This document shows, one piece after another, positions 10,509 to 20,697 of a stretch of 64,000 nucleotides of DNA. Source of the DNA: Alteromonas sp. (GTDB lineage Bacteria; Margulisbacteria; Marinamargulisbacteria; UBA6595); assembly GCA_964220215.1 (NCBI GenBank), contig CAXPTH010000003.1, positions 70,216 through 134,215 of the forward strand. The letters run 5' to 3'. Within the stretch, counting starts at the first letter, position 1. Each line of letters opens with the position of its first letter. Below the pieces are notes generated by a model. The model did no database searches, was not told the DNA's origin, and was given only the letters and a program-made list of their open reading frames with translations. A program made the translations under genes and the position numbers.

Positions 10509-11080
10509 GATCACGTCGCCGTCGGAAGGAATCTTGGGTTAAAAAATTGGTAGTCATGGGATTATGTCTAAGCGTGGGCTTTCTTGTATTTCAATTTGTT
10601 CAAACGGCGTCGGATCAAGCCTTCAAGCCGTTAACTAAAGGGGATAAAATTCCAGAAACTTTACAGTATACACGCGTCAATAATCAACCATTCAATTTAC
10701 TCAATGCTACCCAAGAAAAACCAGTGGTATTGGTCTATTATCAAGGCAGTTTTTGTACCTACTGCGTTACCCATTTAAATGAATTGAACCAAATTGAATC
10801 GGCGATTCAAACAGCGGGATATCAATTAATTGCCGTTAGCCCAGATTCCCCAAGCGTATTGGCCAAGACACAAAAAGAAAATAACCTAACCTATTCATTG
10901 GTATCAGACACCCACATGGAAGGGGCTAAACACTTTGGCATTGTGGATCAAGACACCGATAGAAAACTACCAAAACCCAGCGTGTTTGTGATTAATAATC
11001 GCGGGACTATCGTATTTTCGCATACCGATACCGACTATAAAAAACGATTGTCGACAGACGCAATTCTTGGGGTGCTATAA
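10499..11080 (+). CDS. thioredoxin-fold redoxin (AhpC/TSA family) with N-terminal membrane anchor
   Basis: N-terminal TM segment (LVVMGLCLSVGFLVF) and the active-site region VVLVYYQGSFCTYCVTHLNEL (CxxC). It overlaps the upstream gene by 10 nt. Confidence 0.65.
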   Translation: MGLRSRRRRKESWVKKLVVMGLCLSVGFLVFQFVQTASDQAFKPLTKGDKIPETLQYTRVNNQPFNLLNATQEKPVVLVYYQGSFCTYCVTHLNELNQIESAIQTAGYQLIAVSPDSPSVLAKTQKENNLTYSLVSDTHMEGAKHFGIVDQDTDRKLPKPSVFVINNRGTIVFSHTDTDYKKRLSTDAILGVL

Positions 11081-11085
11081 CCGCA

Positions 11086-12204
11086 TCACCCCAATCGTCG
11101 GACAAAATCCGTATAGTCAAAGGTTCGCATAACCGACAACGTTTTCTCCCGAGAATAATTGTAAATATCCGGCAAGGCAATCCCATTAAAGGTTGTGTTT
11201 TTAACCATCGTATACGGAGCAACGTCTTCAAATACCACCCGATCCCCAATTGCTAAGGGTCGATCAAACCCATAATCCCCAATAATATCCCCAGATAAAC
11301 ACGTAATACCTGTTAGCTGATAGGTATATTTTCCATAGGATTGACCCAAAATACGCGGTTGATACGGCATCTCTAAAATATCCGGCACGTGTGCCGTCGC
11401 TGAGGTGTCTAAAATTGCAATTAACCCATCCCGTTCAATAATATCAACCACGGAAGCCACCAAGTACCCCACATCCACAACCACGCCCGTGCCAGGCTCT
11501 AAAATAACCCGAAGGTTATACGTGTCCTGAACCGTATTAATAAAATCAACCAACCGATCAATATTGTACGTTGGATCCGTTAATAAATGCCCCCCACCTA
11601 AATTAATCCAGTCTAACTGCGGCAACCACTCTCCAAATTGATCCTCAATATGTCCCCACAAGCGTTCTAAAACATCCACATGCTGCTCACACAACGCATG
11701 AACATGAAATCCGGACAACCCATCCAAGCTCTGAATCACTTCCGGATGCACCCCAAACCGCGACCGGGGTCGACACGGATCGTACAACGGCTGATCAATT
11801 TCAGAATAGGCGGGATTAATGCGAAGGCCACACGACACATTCGATGGGACTGTATCCCGATACCGCATCCACTGTGGCCATGAATTAAATATAATATGAT
11901 TGGCCATGGATTGAATCTGTGCCAATTCCTCAGCCTTAAATGCTGGGGAATACACATGAATATCGTTGGTAATCACCGAGTGCGCCAATTGGGTCTCATG
12001 CAATGAGCTCGCTGAAATTCCGGAGATATAATCATTGCTCAATGCCAAATAATGCGGATTCCCAAAGGCTTTAATGGCCAATAAAATTTGGCAGCCCGTG
12101 CGATCCTCAATGGACTTTAATAGCGTTAAGTTTTTAATATACTGCGTTTCATCTAAAACATACGCGGGTGTTTTTACCGATTCGAAATCAATTACTTTTA
12201 ACAT
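11086..12204 (-). CDS. nspC: carboxynorspermidine decarboxylase
   Basis: Reading from MLKVIDFESVKTPAYVLDE (ATG 12204-12202), it resembles NspC over its full length (IIFNSWPQW, NLGGGH, CLSGD). The longer track ORF overlaps slt. Confidence 0.75.
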   Translation of the reverse strand: MLKVIDFESVKTPAYVLDETQYIKNLTLLKSIEDRTGCQILLAIKAFGNPHYLALSNDYISGISASSLHETQLAHSVITNDIHVYSPAFKAEELAQIQSMANHIIFNSWPQWMRYRDTVPSNVSCGLRINPAYSEIDQPLYDPCRPRSRFGVHPEVIQSLDGLSGFHVHALCEQHVDVLERLWGHIEDQFGEWLPQLDWINLGGGHLLTDPTYNIDRLVDFINTVQDTYNLRVILEPGTGVVVDVGYLVASVVDIIERDGLIAILDTSATAHVPDILEMPYQPRILGQSYGKYTYQLTGITCLSGDIIGDYGFDRPLAIGDRVVFEDVAPYTMVKNTTFNGIALPDIYNYSREKTLSVMRTFDYTDFVRRLG

Positions 12205-14242
12205 GAGATAAACCTGCCTTTTGATACATAAAATACGACTGAAGCACATGCTTCACATAGTGTTTGGTTTCATCATAGGGAACCATTAAAACAAACCAAT
12301 CCATGTCATCCGTTGGATACTCTTTTTGCCATTGTTTAACACGATTCGGACCCGCATTGTACGCCATTAAGGCATGCTCCCAATTGCCGAACTGCTTGTA
12401 TAAACGGGACAAATAATAGCACCCAAATTGAATGTTAGTTTTCGGATCTTGCAAACTGGATACCCCAGCCCAAGCTACCCCCAACTGCTTGGCTAGCTCC
12501 TGACCCGTTTGAGGCATAATTTGCATAAGTCCAACGGCACGGGCTCGCGATACACTGCGTGTTTTAAACAAGCTTTCTTCTCGCATCACCGCCATCACAA
12601 TGGATGCCGGAATCGAATAGTGTTTGGCGTAATAGTGCACCCATTCAAGGTACGGAGTTGGATACAACAATGGCTGCAATTGAGCCGACAACTCAGCATC
12701 TTTTTGCGGATACAACTCCCGACCATACTGCCGTCGAATGGTCTGAATTGATTCATAATAATCCCCCATGAGTTGATACACATAACTGAGTTGATGGGTT
12801 AATTTTTCTTTGTCATTCGTGTTGTCTTCATGCGCTTTTAATAAAGCCTGGCTCAACCGTTGTCGCACCAAGTCTGCTAACCCAATATTAACCAACAAAT
12901 AATCTTTATGGGATAAAATCGTGGTTTGATTAACATGATGATAATTTAAAAAATTAACATTGGATTCATCTAAATTTTGACTGGATCGATAGGCATAATA
13001 CGTATACGGAAACTGATTCAGTACACGATTATAAATCACGGAAGACTCTTTAAATTCACCAAAATATTGCTTTGTTTTAGCCGTCCAATACGATAAACGT
13101 GCCTGCAACTCGGTATCGCTAGAAATTAACGATGTATTCATGAGCTGATTGTGTGCCTCAATCCAATCTTTATTTTCCAAATGCGTTTCAACTTCTGTCC
13201 AAATCAATTTGTTAACCAATGATGAATTGGGATGCTTTTTATACAAACGCTCTTTATATTTTGCTTTATCCGACTGATTATCACTTAAATAATACAAATA
13301 ATATAAGGCATTGGGCCGGTGAACCGATTTTGTTTTTAATACATATTCAAATGCACGAATAGCCTCCCGATCTTTACCCAACCGTTGATAACTGCGCGCA
13401 ATATAAATTAAGGCATTGTGGTCCAATAAGATTGAATCCGGTATGGGCTTAAGCACATAAATTGCATTGCCAAAATCGTAATTAAAGTAGTATGACAGCC
13501 CCAAATACACCCGGGCTTTTCCATAGGGTTTCGTATTGCGCTGGACTTGGCTTAAAGACTCAATCGCATCTTGATATTGGCGTTGTTTATAGTACGAATA
13601 CCCAATGGCATAGGCCATGGCATTGGAATCATACCGATCGGACCAATACTTTAACCGATACTCATGATCCACGGCATCCGGATATTGCGCCAACCACTCC
13701 ACAACAATACTATTGGCTTTATCAAATTGTTTGGTCATATTATACAACCCCCACAACGCTCGGTATGTGGACGCTAAAACCCGTGAGTCCTGGGTTTCTT
13801 GGCGCACCAATTCATAATAGTGAATGGCACGTTTTGGCCGTGCATCATGCTCTGCAATCGCCAATTGGGTCCACGTGTAGACTTTTAACTCGGGGTCATT
13901 GTACATCATGGCCAATAATCGCTCGGCTTCATCAATGTTGTTGTCTAACAATGCAATTTGAATGTTTAGATAAACAACATAATTATCAATGCCCGGACTG
14001 GACGGAATATCATGGAGTACTTTAGAGGCTTTTCGAGTTTTGCCCAATTTAATTAAGGCATGCGCTTTTAATAATTGATCCACATCGGAATCCGGTTTTT
14101 TCTGAAACTGATCCGGATTTAACGCCACCCAGTATTGCTCAGAATAAAATGCCTGCACCGGCGTTAGAATGCTGCTCGCAAATAGACTCGTATGAATCGC
14201 GATAATACAAACCAAAAACAGGCGGCATCGGTGCATCATCAT
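12188..14242 (-). CDS. slt: soluble lytic murein transglycosylase
   Basis: Signal peptide, a long superhelical repeat N-domain, and a C-terminal SLT catalytic domain (VMREESLFKTRSVSRARAVGLMQIMP...AYNAGPNRV). Confidence 0.85.
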   Translation of the reverse strand: MMMHRCRLFLVCIIAIHTSLFASSILTPVQAFYSEQYWVALNPDQFQKKPDSDVDQLLKAHALIKLGKTRKASKVLHDIPSSPGIDNYVVYLNIQIALLDNNIDEAERLLAMMYNDPELKVYTWTQLAIAEHDARPKRAIHYYELVRQETQDSRVLASTYRALWGLYNMTKQFDKANSIVVEWLAQYPDAVDHEYRLKYWSDRYDSNAMAYAIGYSYYKQRQYQDAIESLSQVQRNTKPYGKARVYLGLSYYFNYDFGNAIYVLKPIPDSILLDHNALIYIARSYQRLGKDREAIRAFEYVLKTKSVHRPNALYYLYYLSDNQSDKAKYKERLYKKHPNSSLVNKLIWTEVETHLENKDWIEAHNQLMNTSLISSDTELQARLSYWTAKTKQYFGEFKESSVIYNRVLNQFPYTYYAYRSSQNLDESNVNFLNYHHVNQTTILSHKDYLLVNIGLADLVRQRLSQALLKAHEDNTNDKEKLTHQLSYVYQLMGDYYESIQTIRRQYGRELYPQKDAELSAQLQPLLYPTPYLEWVHYYAKHYSIPASIVMAVMREESLFKTRSVSRARAVGLMQIMPQTGQELAKQLGVAWAGVSSLQDPKTNIQFGCYYLSRLYKQFGNWEHALMAYNAGPNRVKQWQKEYPTDDMDWFVLMVPYDETKHYVKHVLQSYFMYQKAGLSHVKSN

Positions 14243-15787
14243 TTAGTGCTTAAAGTGTCGAATCCCCGTCATTACCATACCCATGCCATGCTTTTCACAT
14301 TCTGCAATAACCGCATCATCTTTTTTAGACCCGCCTGGCTGCACAATGGCTGAAATGCCTGCCTGACCCAAATGCGTAATCGAATCGGGAAATGGAAAAA
14401 AGGCATCCGAAGCCGCTACACAGCCCGTTGTTTGTTGATTATTATCATTATTTTGAACCCGCATTAACGCCAACTTAGCCGCCTCAACCCGACTCATCTG
14501 ACCCGCTCCCACACCAATAACGACCCCGTGTTTAGCCAATACGATTGCATTGGACTTGACGGATTTAACCACCGTAAAGGCTAATTTTAAATCGGCCCAC
14601 TGTTCCGCTGCAATATGACCGGTAACTGTGGATAATTGGGCATCATCCCAAATAATGCCATCCGACTCTTGATACAAAACCCCACCCATAATCACTTTTT
14701 GTGTAAACGGCTCGGAAAAACTAAAAAAGTCCGGCAATTCCAACAATCGCACAGACGGTTTTTGCATTAAAATTGCCAAGGCTTCTGGCGTATAGCCTGG
14801 GGCCACAATCGCCTCGACAAACACTGCTTGCATCGCCGATGCTGTAGCCGCATCAACCGGTTGGTTACCCCCAATAATGGAACCAAACGCCGATACTGGA
14901 TCCGCCGCATATGCTGCCGAATAGGCGTCCACAAGTGTCGATTTTACGGCAACCCCACACGGATTGGTATGCTTAATAATCACAACCGCAGATTGACTGG
15001 GCTCAAATGCACGCGCCAATTCCCAGGCTGCCTCAGCATCCACCAAATTGTTATACGACAACGCTTTGCCGTGATGTTGAATCAATCCAGACAACCCCGA
15101 TAACGGCGTTGGCTTATAAAACGCAGCCTTTTGATGGGGGTTTTCACCATACCGCAAGTCACTATGCTTTTCATACTGCAAGGTTAAGCGATTGGGCGGT
15201 GTGCCCCCACCCGATACACGACCCAAGTACTGCGCAATCGCAGCATCGTACTGAGCGGTGTGCTCAAACGCTTCTATCGCTAAAGAGCGACGAAATTCTG
15301 CGGATAACCCGTGCGGAGTTTGCAGGGCTTGAATCACGTCTGAATACCGGTCGGGATTGGTAATTACTGCCACAAATTCATGGTTTTTAGCCGCCGAGCG
15401 AACCATGGACGGTCCACCAATATCAATATTTTCAATGGCATCCGCCAGCGCAACATTGGGTTGGCTGACCGTAGCCTGAAATGGATACAAGTTAACCACC
15501 ACCACATCAATCAGCCCAATCCCATGCGTATCGCAGGCTTGCCGATGGGTATCCACATCACGGCGTGCCAAAATACCCCCGTGAATCAAGGGATGCAAGG
15601 TCTTAACCCGACCATTCATAATTTCCGGAAACTGCGTAACATCCGAAACCGCCGTGACCGGCAATCCACACTCCACCAAATACCGCAATGTACCTCCCGT
15701 TGATACAATCTCATATCCCTGCGATACCAACGCTTGTGCCAATACATCCAAACCGGTTTTATCCGATACACTAATTAATGCTCTCAT
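14243..15787 (-). CDS. purH: bifunctional AICAR formyltransferase / IMP cyclohydrolase
   Basis: 514 aa. It has an MGS-like N-domain (RALISVSDKTGL) and an AICARFT C-domain ending MTGIRHFKH. Confidence 0.92.
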   Translation of the reverse strand: MRALISVSDKTGLDVLAQALVSQGYEIVSTGGTLRYLVECGLPVTAVSDVTQFPEIMNGRVKTLHPLIHGGILARRDVDTHRQACDTHGIGLIDVVVVNLYPFQATVSQPNVALADAIENIDIGGPSMVRSAAKNHEFVAVITNPDRYSDVIQALQTPHGLSAEFRRSLAIEAFEHTAQYDAAIAQYLGRVSGGGTPPNRLTLQYEKHSDLRYGENPHQKAAFYKPTPLSGLSGLIQHHGKALSYNNLVDAEAAWELARAFEPSQSAVVIIKHTNPCGVAVKSTLVDAYSAAYAADPVSAFGSIIGGNQPVDAATASAMQAVFVEAIVAPGYTPEALAILMQKPSVRLLELPDFFSFSEPFTQKVIMGGVLYQESDGIIWDDAQLSTVTGHIAAEQWADLKLAFTVVKSVKSNAIVLAKHGVVIGVGAGQMSRVEAAKLALMRVQNNDNNQQTTGCVAASDAFFPFPDSITHLGQAGISAIVQPGGSKKDDAVIAECEKHGMGMVMTGIRHFKH

Positions 15788-16380
15788 TCATCGTCTCCCA
15801 ATACTATTTTCAATGCTGCGACATACGCCTTGTGTTCTTCCTCTAAAATACGGGCGCTTAGCTGTGCTTCCGTGTCCCCATCGTAAATGGGCACCCGATG
15901 TTGTAAAATGATGGGCCCACTGTCCACCTCGGGTATAACGTAATGCACGGTACATCCCGATTCAGATTCACCGGCAGCCAAGGCTTGTCGCTGCGGGTGA
16001 AGCCCTTTAAATTTGGGCAATAGTGACGGATGAATATTTAAGACTTTATCCGGGTAGTTAGCCAAAAACCCTGCGGATAAAATTCGCATATACCCGGCTA
16101 AAACAATCCAATTCACCTGAGCGCGTTGACACTGCTCAAGCATGGCCGCATCGTGGTCCGCTTGCGTAGAAAAATCACTCCGAGGGCACACCACACACGG
16201 CAAATTATTCGCATTTGCATAAACAAGCCCATCGGCATCTCGATCAGAAATAACCAACCCAATTCGAGCCGACAACACGCCCGACTGAATCGCCCGATGA
16301 ATCGCTTGAAAATTAGACCCTCGGCCTGAAATAAAAACCCCTAACACCGGTACTGAAACCGTATCGCTCAGGGTGCCCAT
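15784..16380 (-). CDS. purN: phosphoribosylglycinamide formyltransferase
   Basis: Motifs GVFISGRGSNFQAI and NIHPSLLPKFKGLHP. It overlaps both purH and purM by a few nt. Confidence 0.88.
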   Translation of the reverse strand: MGTLSDTVSVPVLGVFISGRGSNFQAIHRAIQSGVLSARIGLVISDRDADGLVYANANNLPCVVCPRSDFSTQADHDAAMLEQCQRAQVNWIVLAGYMRILSAGFLANYPDKVLNIHPSLLPKFKGLHPQRQALAAGESESGCTVHYVIPEVDSGPIILQHRVPIYDGDTEAQLSARILEEEHKAYVAALKIVLGDDE

Positions 16381-17339
16381 TCCACGGTTCCATTGCCATC
16401 AACAATATAGCCAAGCTCACTGTAATTGGGATCTGAAATTGGGGTCGGCGTAATAACAACCATGCCAATTCCCATATTAAACGTTCGAAGCATGTCGGAA
16501 TCGGACACTTGGCCCGCCAATTGAATATGTTCAAAAATACTGGGAACCGTCCAGGCTGATTTTTTTAAAATCGCCGATACATGCTTGGGCAAAATACGAG
16601 CGATATTCTCGGCTAATCCCCCCCCCGTAATATGGGCAATGCCCGTGACGGTTTGTGCCGCCATAAGGGCTTGTATTGGCTGAACATACAAAGCCGTTGG
16701 GGCCAATAAATCAGCCGGGTCAATGCCACGCTCTTGGCAGACCGACTCTGTCAAGACACGCCGAACCAGCGAAAAGCCATTCGCATGAAGCCCATTGGAC
16801 TTCAGCCCGTAAACATACTGTCCAGAGGCAATCGATTGCCCGGTAATCATCGCGGATTTTTCAACAACTCCCACACAAAAGCCCGCCAAATCAAATTCGT
16901 TATTGCGATAACAATCCCCCATCTCCGCAATCTCCCCCCCGACCAACGATAGCCCTGTATCTTGACACGCTGAAATCATGCCATCCATTAAGGCATTTAA
17001 CTGCATTTTATTGAGCTTGCAACAGGCATAATAATCCAAAAAAAACAACGGCTTTGCCCCTGAGCAAATCAGATCATTCACGCACATAGCAACCAAATCA
17101 ATCCCAATGGATTGGTATTGATTGTGCGCAATCGCCAATTTTAGCTTTGTACCGACCCCATCGGTACAGGATACTAAAACGGGTTCTTTGTATCCGGTTG
17201 GCAATGCATAAAATGCCCCAAAATGACCCAAACCCCCCATAACATTGGGGCTATAGGTCTGCCGAACACGCTGGGTCAAATCACCCACCACCTGATTGGC
17301 TAAATCAATATCCACCCCACTGTCTTTATAACTACTCAT
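16368..17339 (-). CDS. purM: phosphoribosylformylglycinamidine cyclo-ligase (AIR synthetase)
   Basis: 323 aa. Motifs SYKDSGVDI, CTDGVGTKLK and DYYACCKL. Confidence 0.9.
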   Translation of the reverse strand: MSSYKDSGVDIDLANQVVGDLTQRVRQTYSPNVMGGLGHFGAFYALPTGYKEPVLVSCTDGVGTKLKLAIAHNQYQSIGIDLVAMCVNDLICSGAKPLFFLDYYACCKLNKMQLNALMDGMISACQDTGLSLVGGEIAEMGDCYRNNEFDLAGFCVGVVEKSAMITGQSIASGQYVYGLKSNGLHANGFSLVRRVLTESVCQERGIDPADLLAPTALYVQPIQALMAAQTVTGIAHITGGGLAENIARILPKHVSAILKKSAWTVPSIFEHIQLAGQVSDSDMLRTFNMGIGMVVITPTPISDPNYSELGYIVDGNGTVEWAP

Positions 17340-17758
17340 GCTTTCACCTGTTTTTGTTGATTGTTCATATAATCTAAATATCCTTGCAAAATAAATACGG
17401 CCGCTTGCTGGTCTTTAAACTGCTTGCGCTTTTGACGTTTTACATTAGCAGATAATAACACATATTCCGCTGCTTTTGTGGAATAGGCTTCATTCCAATA
17501 ATGCCAGTTAACCGTCAGCATCGGGGTCGTTTTTTTGACCCACGCTTCGATCCATTCGGTTTGTTGGGTGGGTTGGCCCAATCGGTTTTTAGGTAAGCCC
17601 ACAACAACATCCGTAATGTTGTAGGCATTCGCCCAATCCCGCAATTGATTTGTATGTTTGGGATCCAATACCCCCAGCGGTTGGGCAATCATACCCAGCG
17701 CATCCGATAGTGCCACCCCCACTCGCTTGTGCCCCACGTCTAATCCAAGATAGCGCAC
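17336..17758 (-). CDS. ruvX: Holliday junction resolvase-like YqgF/RuvX
   Basis: 140 aa. Motifs MRYLGLDVGHKRVGVALSD and VVGLPKN. Confidence 0.85.
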   Translation of the reverse strand: MRYLGLDVGHKRVGVALSDALGMIAQPLGVLDPKHTNQLRDWANAYNITDVVVGLPKNRLGQPTQQTEWIEAWVKKTTPMLTVNWHYWNEAYSTKAAEYVLLSANVKRQKRKQFKDQQAAVFILQGYLDYMNNQQKQVKA

Positions 17759-20190
17759 AAGACATCCTGAACGATTGGGGCCAAAGCATCGGAATGCTCA
17801 AGGTGCACCCCACCCGCTTGGGCCATATCCGGGCGGCCACCCCCTTTACCCCCAAACTGCTGAGTAATAGCCTGTAAAATTGCCAAGGCGGCCCCCGGTG
17901 CTTTGCACGACTTCCCTTGCTTAACCACCACCTGATTGGGCGTTTGAGCACTGCATACAATGGCAATTCCAGTGGCATGCTGATTACTCAATGTATCACT
18001 GGTCCATTTTAGTGTTTTCATATCACCCGAAACGGTTGCCATCGCAACAGGAATACCACGAATCATAGTGGGTTCAACTTGGCACGCATTAGCCGCTGCC
18101 GCTTGCTCGTCTTTGGCCACTTGCTTGTGATGCTCATTGGCCCGATGGGTGATGTGGTCCAACTGACGCTCAAGCATGCCATACTCCCACTGCAGCCAAT
18201 CGGCTGGATCCTTGGGAACGGGTTGCCCATCCAGGACGGGCAATGCATGCGCGGCATCCTTGAATCGATCCCATTGCCGATAAATCCCATCAATCAACCG
18301 TTGTTTTTTCTGGGTATCATACGCCAAACATGCGGCATCGCCAACAATCGCTTCAATGCGTCGAACACCCGCCGAAATACCCGATTCTGACACCCATTCG
18401 ATGCGCTCCAGCAAACCCGTATGGGTCACATGATGCCCCCCACACAATTCACTGGATTCATTGGCAATGCGAATCACCCGAACCTCGTCGGGATACTGTT
18501 GGCCAAACAATGCCATAGCACCCATGGCTTTTGCATCGTCTAAGGGCATATACAAGACCTCTACAGGCACATCGGCATCAATCACCCGTTGAACATCGGC
18601 CAACACCGTGGCTTTATCGTCAGCGGTGAGGGCTTGAAAATGGGTAAAATCAAACCGCAACCGGTCCGCCGATACCAGCGAACCCGCCTGTGCCACATGA
18701 TCCCCCACAATGCGTTGCAAACTGGCTTGAAGCAAGTGCGTAGCGGTATGATGCCGAGCCAATGCCAATCGCTCAGCGTCTGTTTGTGGCAACGCCAATT
18801 CACCGCCCCGCCCCCCATCGGGATGGGTGCAGTAAATAACCGTATCCGTCTGAATCCGTTGTTCATGCGTGGCATCAAACTCGGTATTGGCCTGAGTCTG
18901 TTTTCGATTGGCACGCGCACGTTCCTGCTGCAACTCTTTCTCAGCATAAAAACCGGCTTCATCAACCACAATACCCCGTTCTGCAGCCAATGACTGCGTT
19001 AAATCCAAGGGAAAGCCGTACGTGTCATACAATTTAAATGCATCTGAACCCGACAATACGGTTGTATTCGCCGTTGTACTATCAAAAATAGCCAGGCCAG
19101 TCTCTAAGGTTTTGATAAACGACTGCTCTTCTTGATGAATCACTTGTTCCATTAAGGTCTGTTTTTCCACCATATGTGGATAGCGATCCCGCCAAGACTC
19201 AACAACGGCAGGAACCAGGGTGTGCACCATGGGGGTTGTACACCCCGCTTGTCGGGAATACCGCATGGCCCGTCGTAACAATCGCCGCAATACATAGCCA
19301 CGCCCATCATTGCTGGGCAATACCCCATCAGCAATGCCCAAGCATAGCGTACGAACATGGTCCGCAATTACCCGCTTGGCAACGGCATGACTCGGATCGA
19401 TATGCGTATCAATCGTTGCATTAATTGTCGAAAATCCATCGGTGTCATAGACATACAACTGCTGTTGCATGTATGCGGCGAGTCGCTCCAAACCCGCACC
19501 GGTATCAACCGATAACTGAGACAACGGCTGTAAGGTCCCATCGGGCAATCGGTTGGATTGAATAAAGACCAAATTCCACAATTCAATGTAACGGGCACAG
19601 CACCCATTGACTTCACAAACATGGGGCTCATCGTGCTTATCGCAAGCCTCAGGGCCACGATCAATGTGCAACTCTGAACACGGTCCGCATGGCCCGGTTT
19701 CTCCCATTTCCCAAAAATTATCTTTTTTACCAAACCGTACAATATGCGTGGGTGCAATATCCGTCTGAGTTTGCCATAACGATTCACTCTCGTCATCGGT
19801 TTCATACACGGTGGCGTAGAGCTTTTCTTTTGGCAGCTTTAATTCCTGAGTCAACCATTCCCAGGCCCACACGATGGCTTCTTTTTTTCCGTAATCCCCA
19901 AAGGACCAGTTTCCCAGCATTTCAAACGCTGTTAAATGGTACCCATCATGCCCCACTGTTTCTAAGTCATTGTGCTTACCCGAAACCCGAATACACGGCT
20001 GGCTATTCACCGCACGGGTGTACTCTCTGGATCCCGTTCCTAAAAAGACATCTTTGAACTGATTCATGCCCGCATTGACAAAAAACAAGGTGGGATCATT
20101 GGGCAACACAACCGGGCTGGCCCCAACCCGATGGTGTCCCCGTTGCTCAAAAAACGATCGAAACGACTCGTATAAAGCCTGTGTGTTCAA
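17740..20190 (-). CDS. alaS: alanine--tRNA ligase
   Basis: 816 aa. It has the class II core (FFVNAGMNQFK, WNLVFIQ), the editing-domain metal site (HHTATHLL, CGGHH) and a C-terminal GGKGGGRPDMAQAGG. Confidence 0.92.
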   Translation of the reverse strand: MNTQALYESFRSFFEQRGHHRVGASPVVLPNDPTLFFVNAGMNQFKDVFLGTGSREYTRAVNSQPCIRVSGKHNDLETVGHDGYHLTAFEMLGNWSFGDYGKKEAIVWAWEWLTQELKLPKEKLYATVYETDDESESLWQTQTDIAPTHIVRFGKKDNFWEMGETGPCGPCSELHIDRGPEACDKHDEPHVCEVNGCCARYIELWNLVFIQSNRLPDGTLQPLSQLSVDTGAGLERLAAYMQQQLYVYDTDGFSTINATIDTHIDPSHAVAKRVIADHVRTLCLGIADGVLPSNDGRGYVLRRLLRRAMRYSRQAGCTTPMVHTLVPAVVESWRDRYPHMVEKQTLMEQVIHQEEQSFIKTLETGLAIFDSTTANTTVLSGSDAFKLYDTYGFPLDLTQSLAAERGIVVDEAGFYAEKELQQERARANRKQTQANTEFDATHEQRIQTDTVIYCTHPDGGRGGELALPQTDAERLALARHHTATHLLQASLQRIVGDHVAQAGSLVSADRLRFDFTHFQALTADDKATVLADVQRVIDADVPVEVLYMPLDDAKAMGAMALFGQQYPDEVRVIRIANESSELCGGHHVTHTGLLERIEWVSESGISAGVRRIEAIVGDAACLAYDTQKKQRLIDGIYRQWDRFKDAAHALPVLDGQPVPKDPADWLQWEYGMLERQLDHITHRANEHHKQVAKDEQAAAANACQVEPTMIRGIPVAMATVSGDMKTLKWTSDTLSNQHATGIAIVCSAQTPNQVVVKQGKSCKAPGAALAILQAITQQFGGKGGGRPDMAQAGGVHLEHSDALAPIVQDVLCAILD

Positions 20191-20393
20191 GGTTTGCGTT
20201 TAAACAGCTGCTTGATTGAATTCAAAACAAATCGAATATCCGTGACCGTTTCCAAACGCTGCGATACTCGCTGCGTTCGCGTTAAAATCAATGCAATTTG
20301 AATTAAGCAATACAGACCCACCAATAAAACTAAAACAAGTAAGGCATCGATGGTTATATCCATCCATACAACTGGTTTGCAGTATTTCATCAT
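20187..20393 (-). CDS. small single-pass membrane protein (possibly DUF948-like partner of YtxH)
   Basis: 68 aa with one TM segment (ALLVLVLLVGLYCLIQIALIL) and a charged helical tail. It is packed tightly between the ytxH-like gene and alaS. Confidence 0.4.
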   Translation of the reverse strand: MMKYCKPVVWMDITIDALLVLVLLVGLYCLIQIALILTRTQRVSQRLETVTDIRFVLNSIKQLFKRKP

Positions 20394-20395
20394 TG

Positions 20396-20662
20396 TTATT
20401 TTTGCCGTTGTTGTTTCAAGGCATCAACTTGAGCCTTCAGTGATGAAATACCCGTTTCAACAGCATCTTTTGTTTTGGTTAACAATTTTTTAATTTCATC
20501 TTGACTCAATGTATCCGGTGAACCATTCAACCCCTCATTGAGCTTTGTTTGCAACGCCTCTCGCGTTTTAGAGCCTGGGCTGGGTGCGTACAACAAGCCG
20601 ACAGCAGCGCCGATTAAACCACCGATAATAAATCCTTCAAAAAAACAACTTTGTTTACTCAT
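20396..20662 (-). CDS. YtxH-domain protein
   Basis: 88 aa. GFIIGGLIGAAVGLLYAPSPGSKTREAL followed by a coiled-coil tail is the typical YtxH opening. Confidence 0.7.
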   Translation of the reverse strand: MSKQSCFFEGFIIGGLIGAAVGLLYAPSPGSKTREALQTKLNEGLNGSPDTLSQDEIKKLLTKTKDAVETGISSLKAQVDALKQQRQK

Positions 20663-20697
20663 AACTGATTACCATCCTTTTATATTTTTATTCTATG

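Noticed and set aside
12509-20057. Numerous 60-180-aa ORFs nested in or antisense to slt, purH, purM and alaS, for example 13492-14025 (plus) and 19368-19805 (minus).
   Set aside because: These are shadow ORFs inside long, well-supported genes. Similar cases inside the RND gene, nrdA, acs and others were ignored for the same reason.
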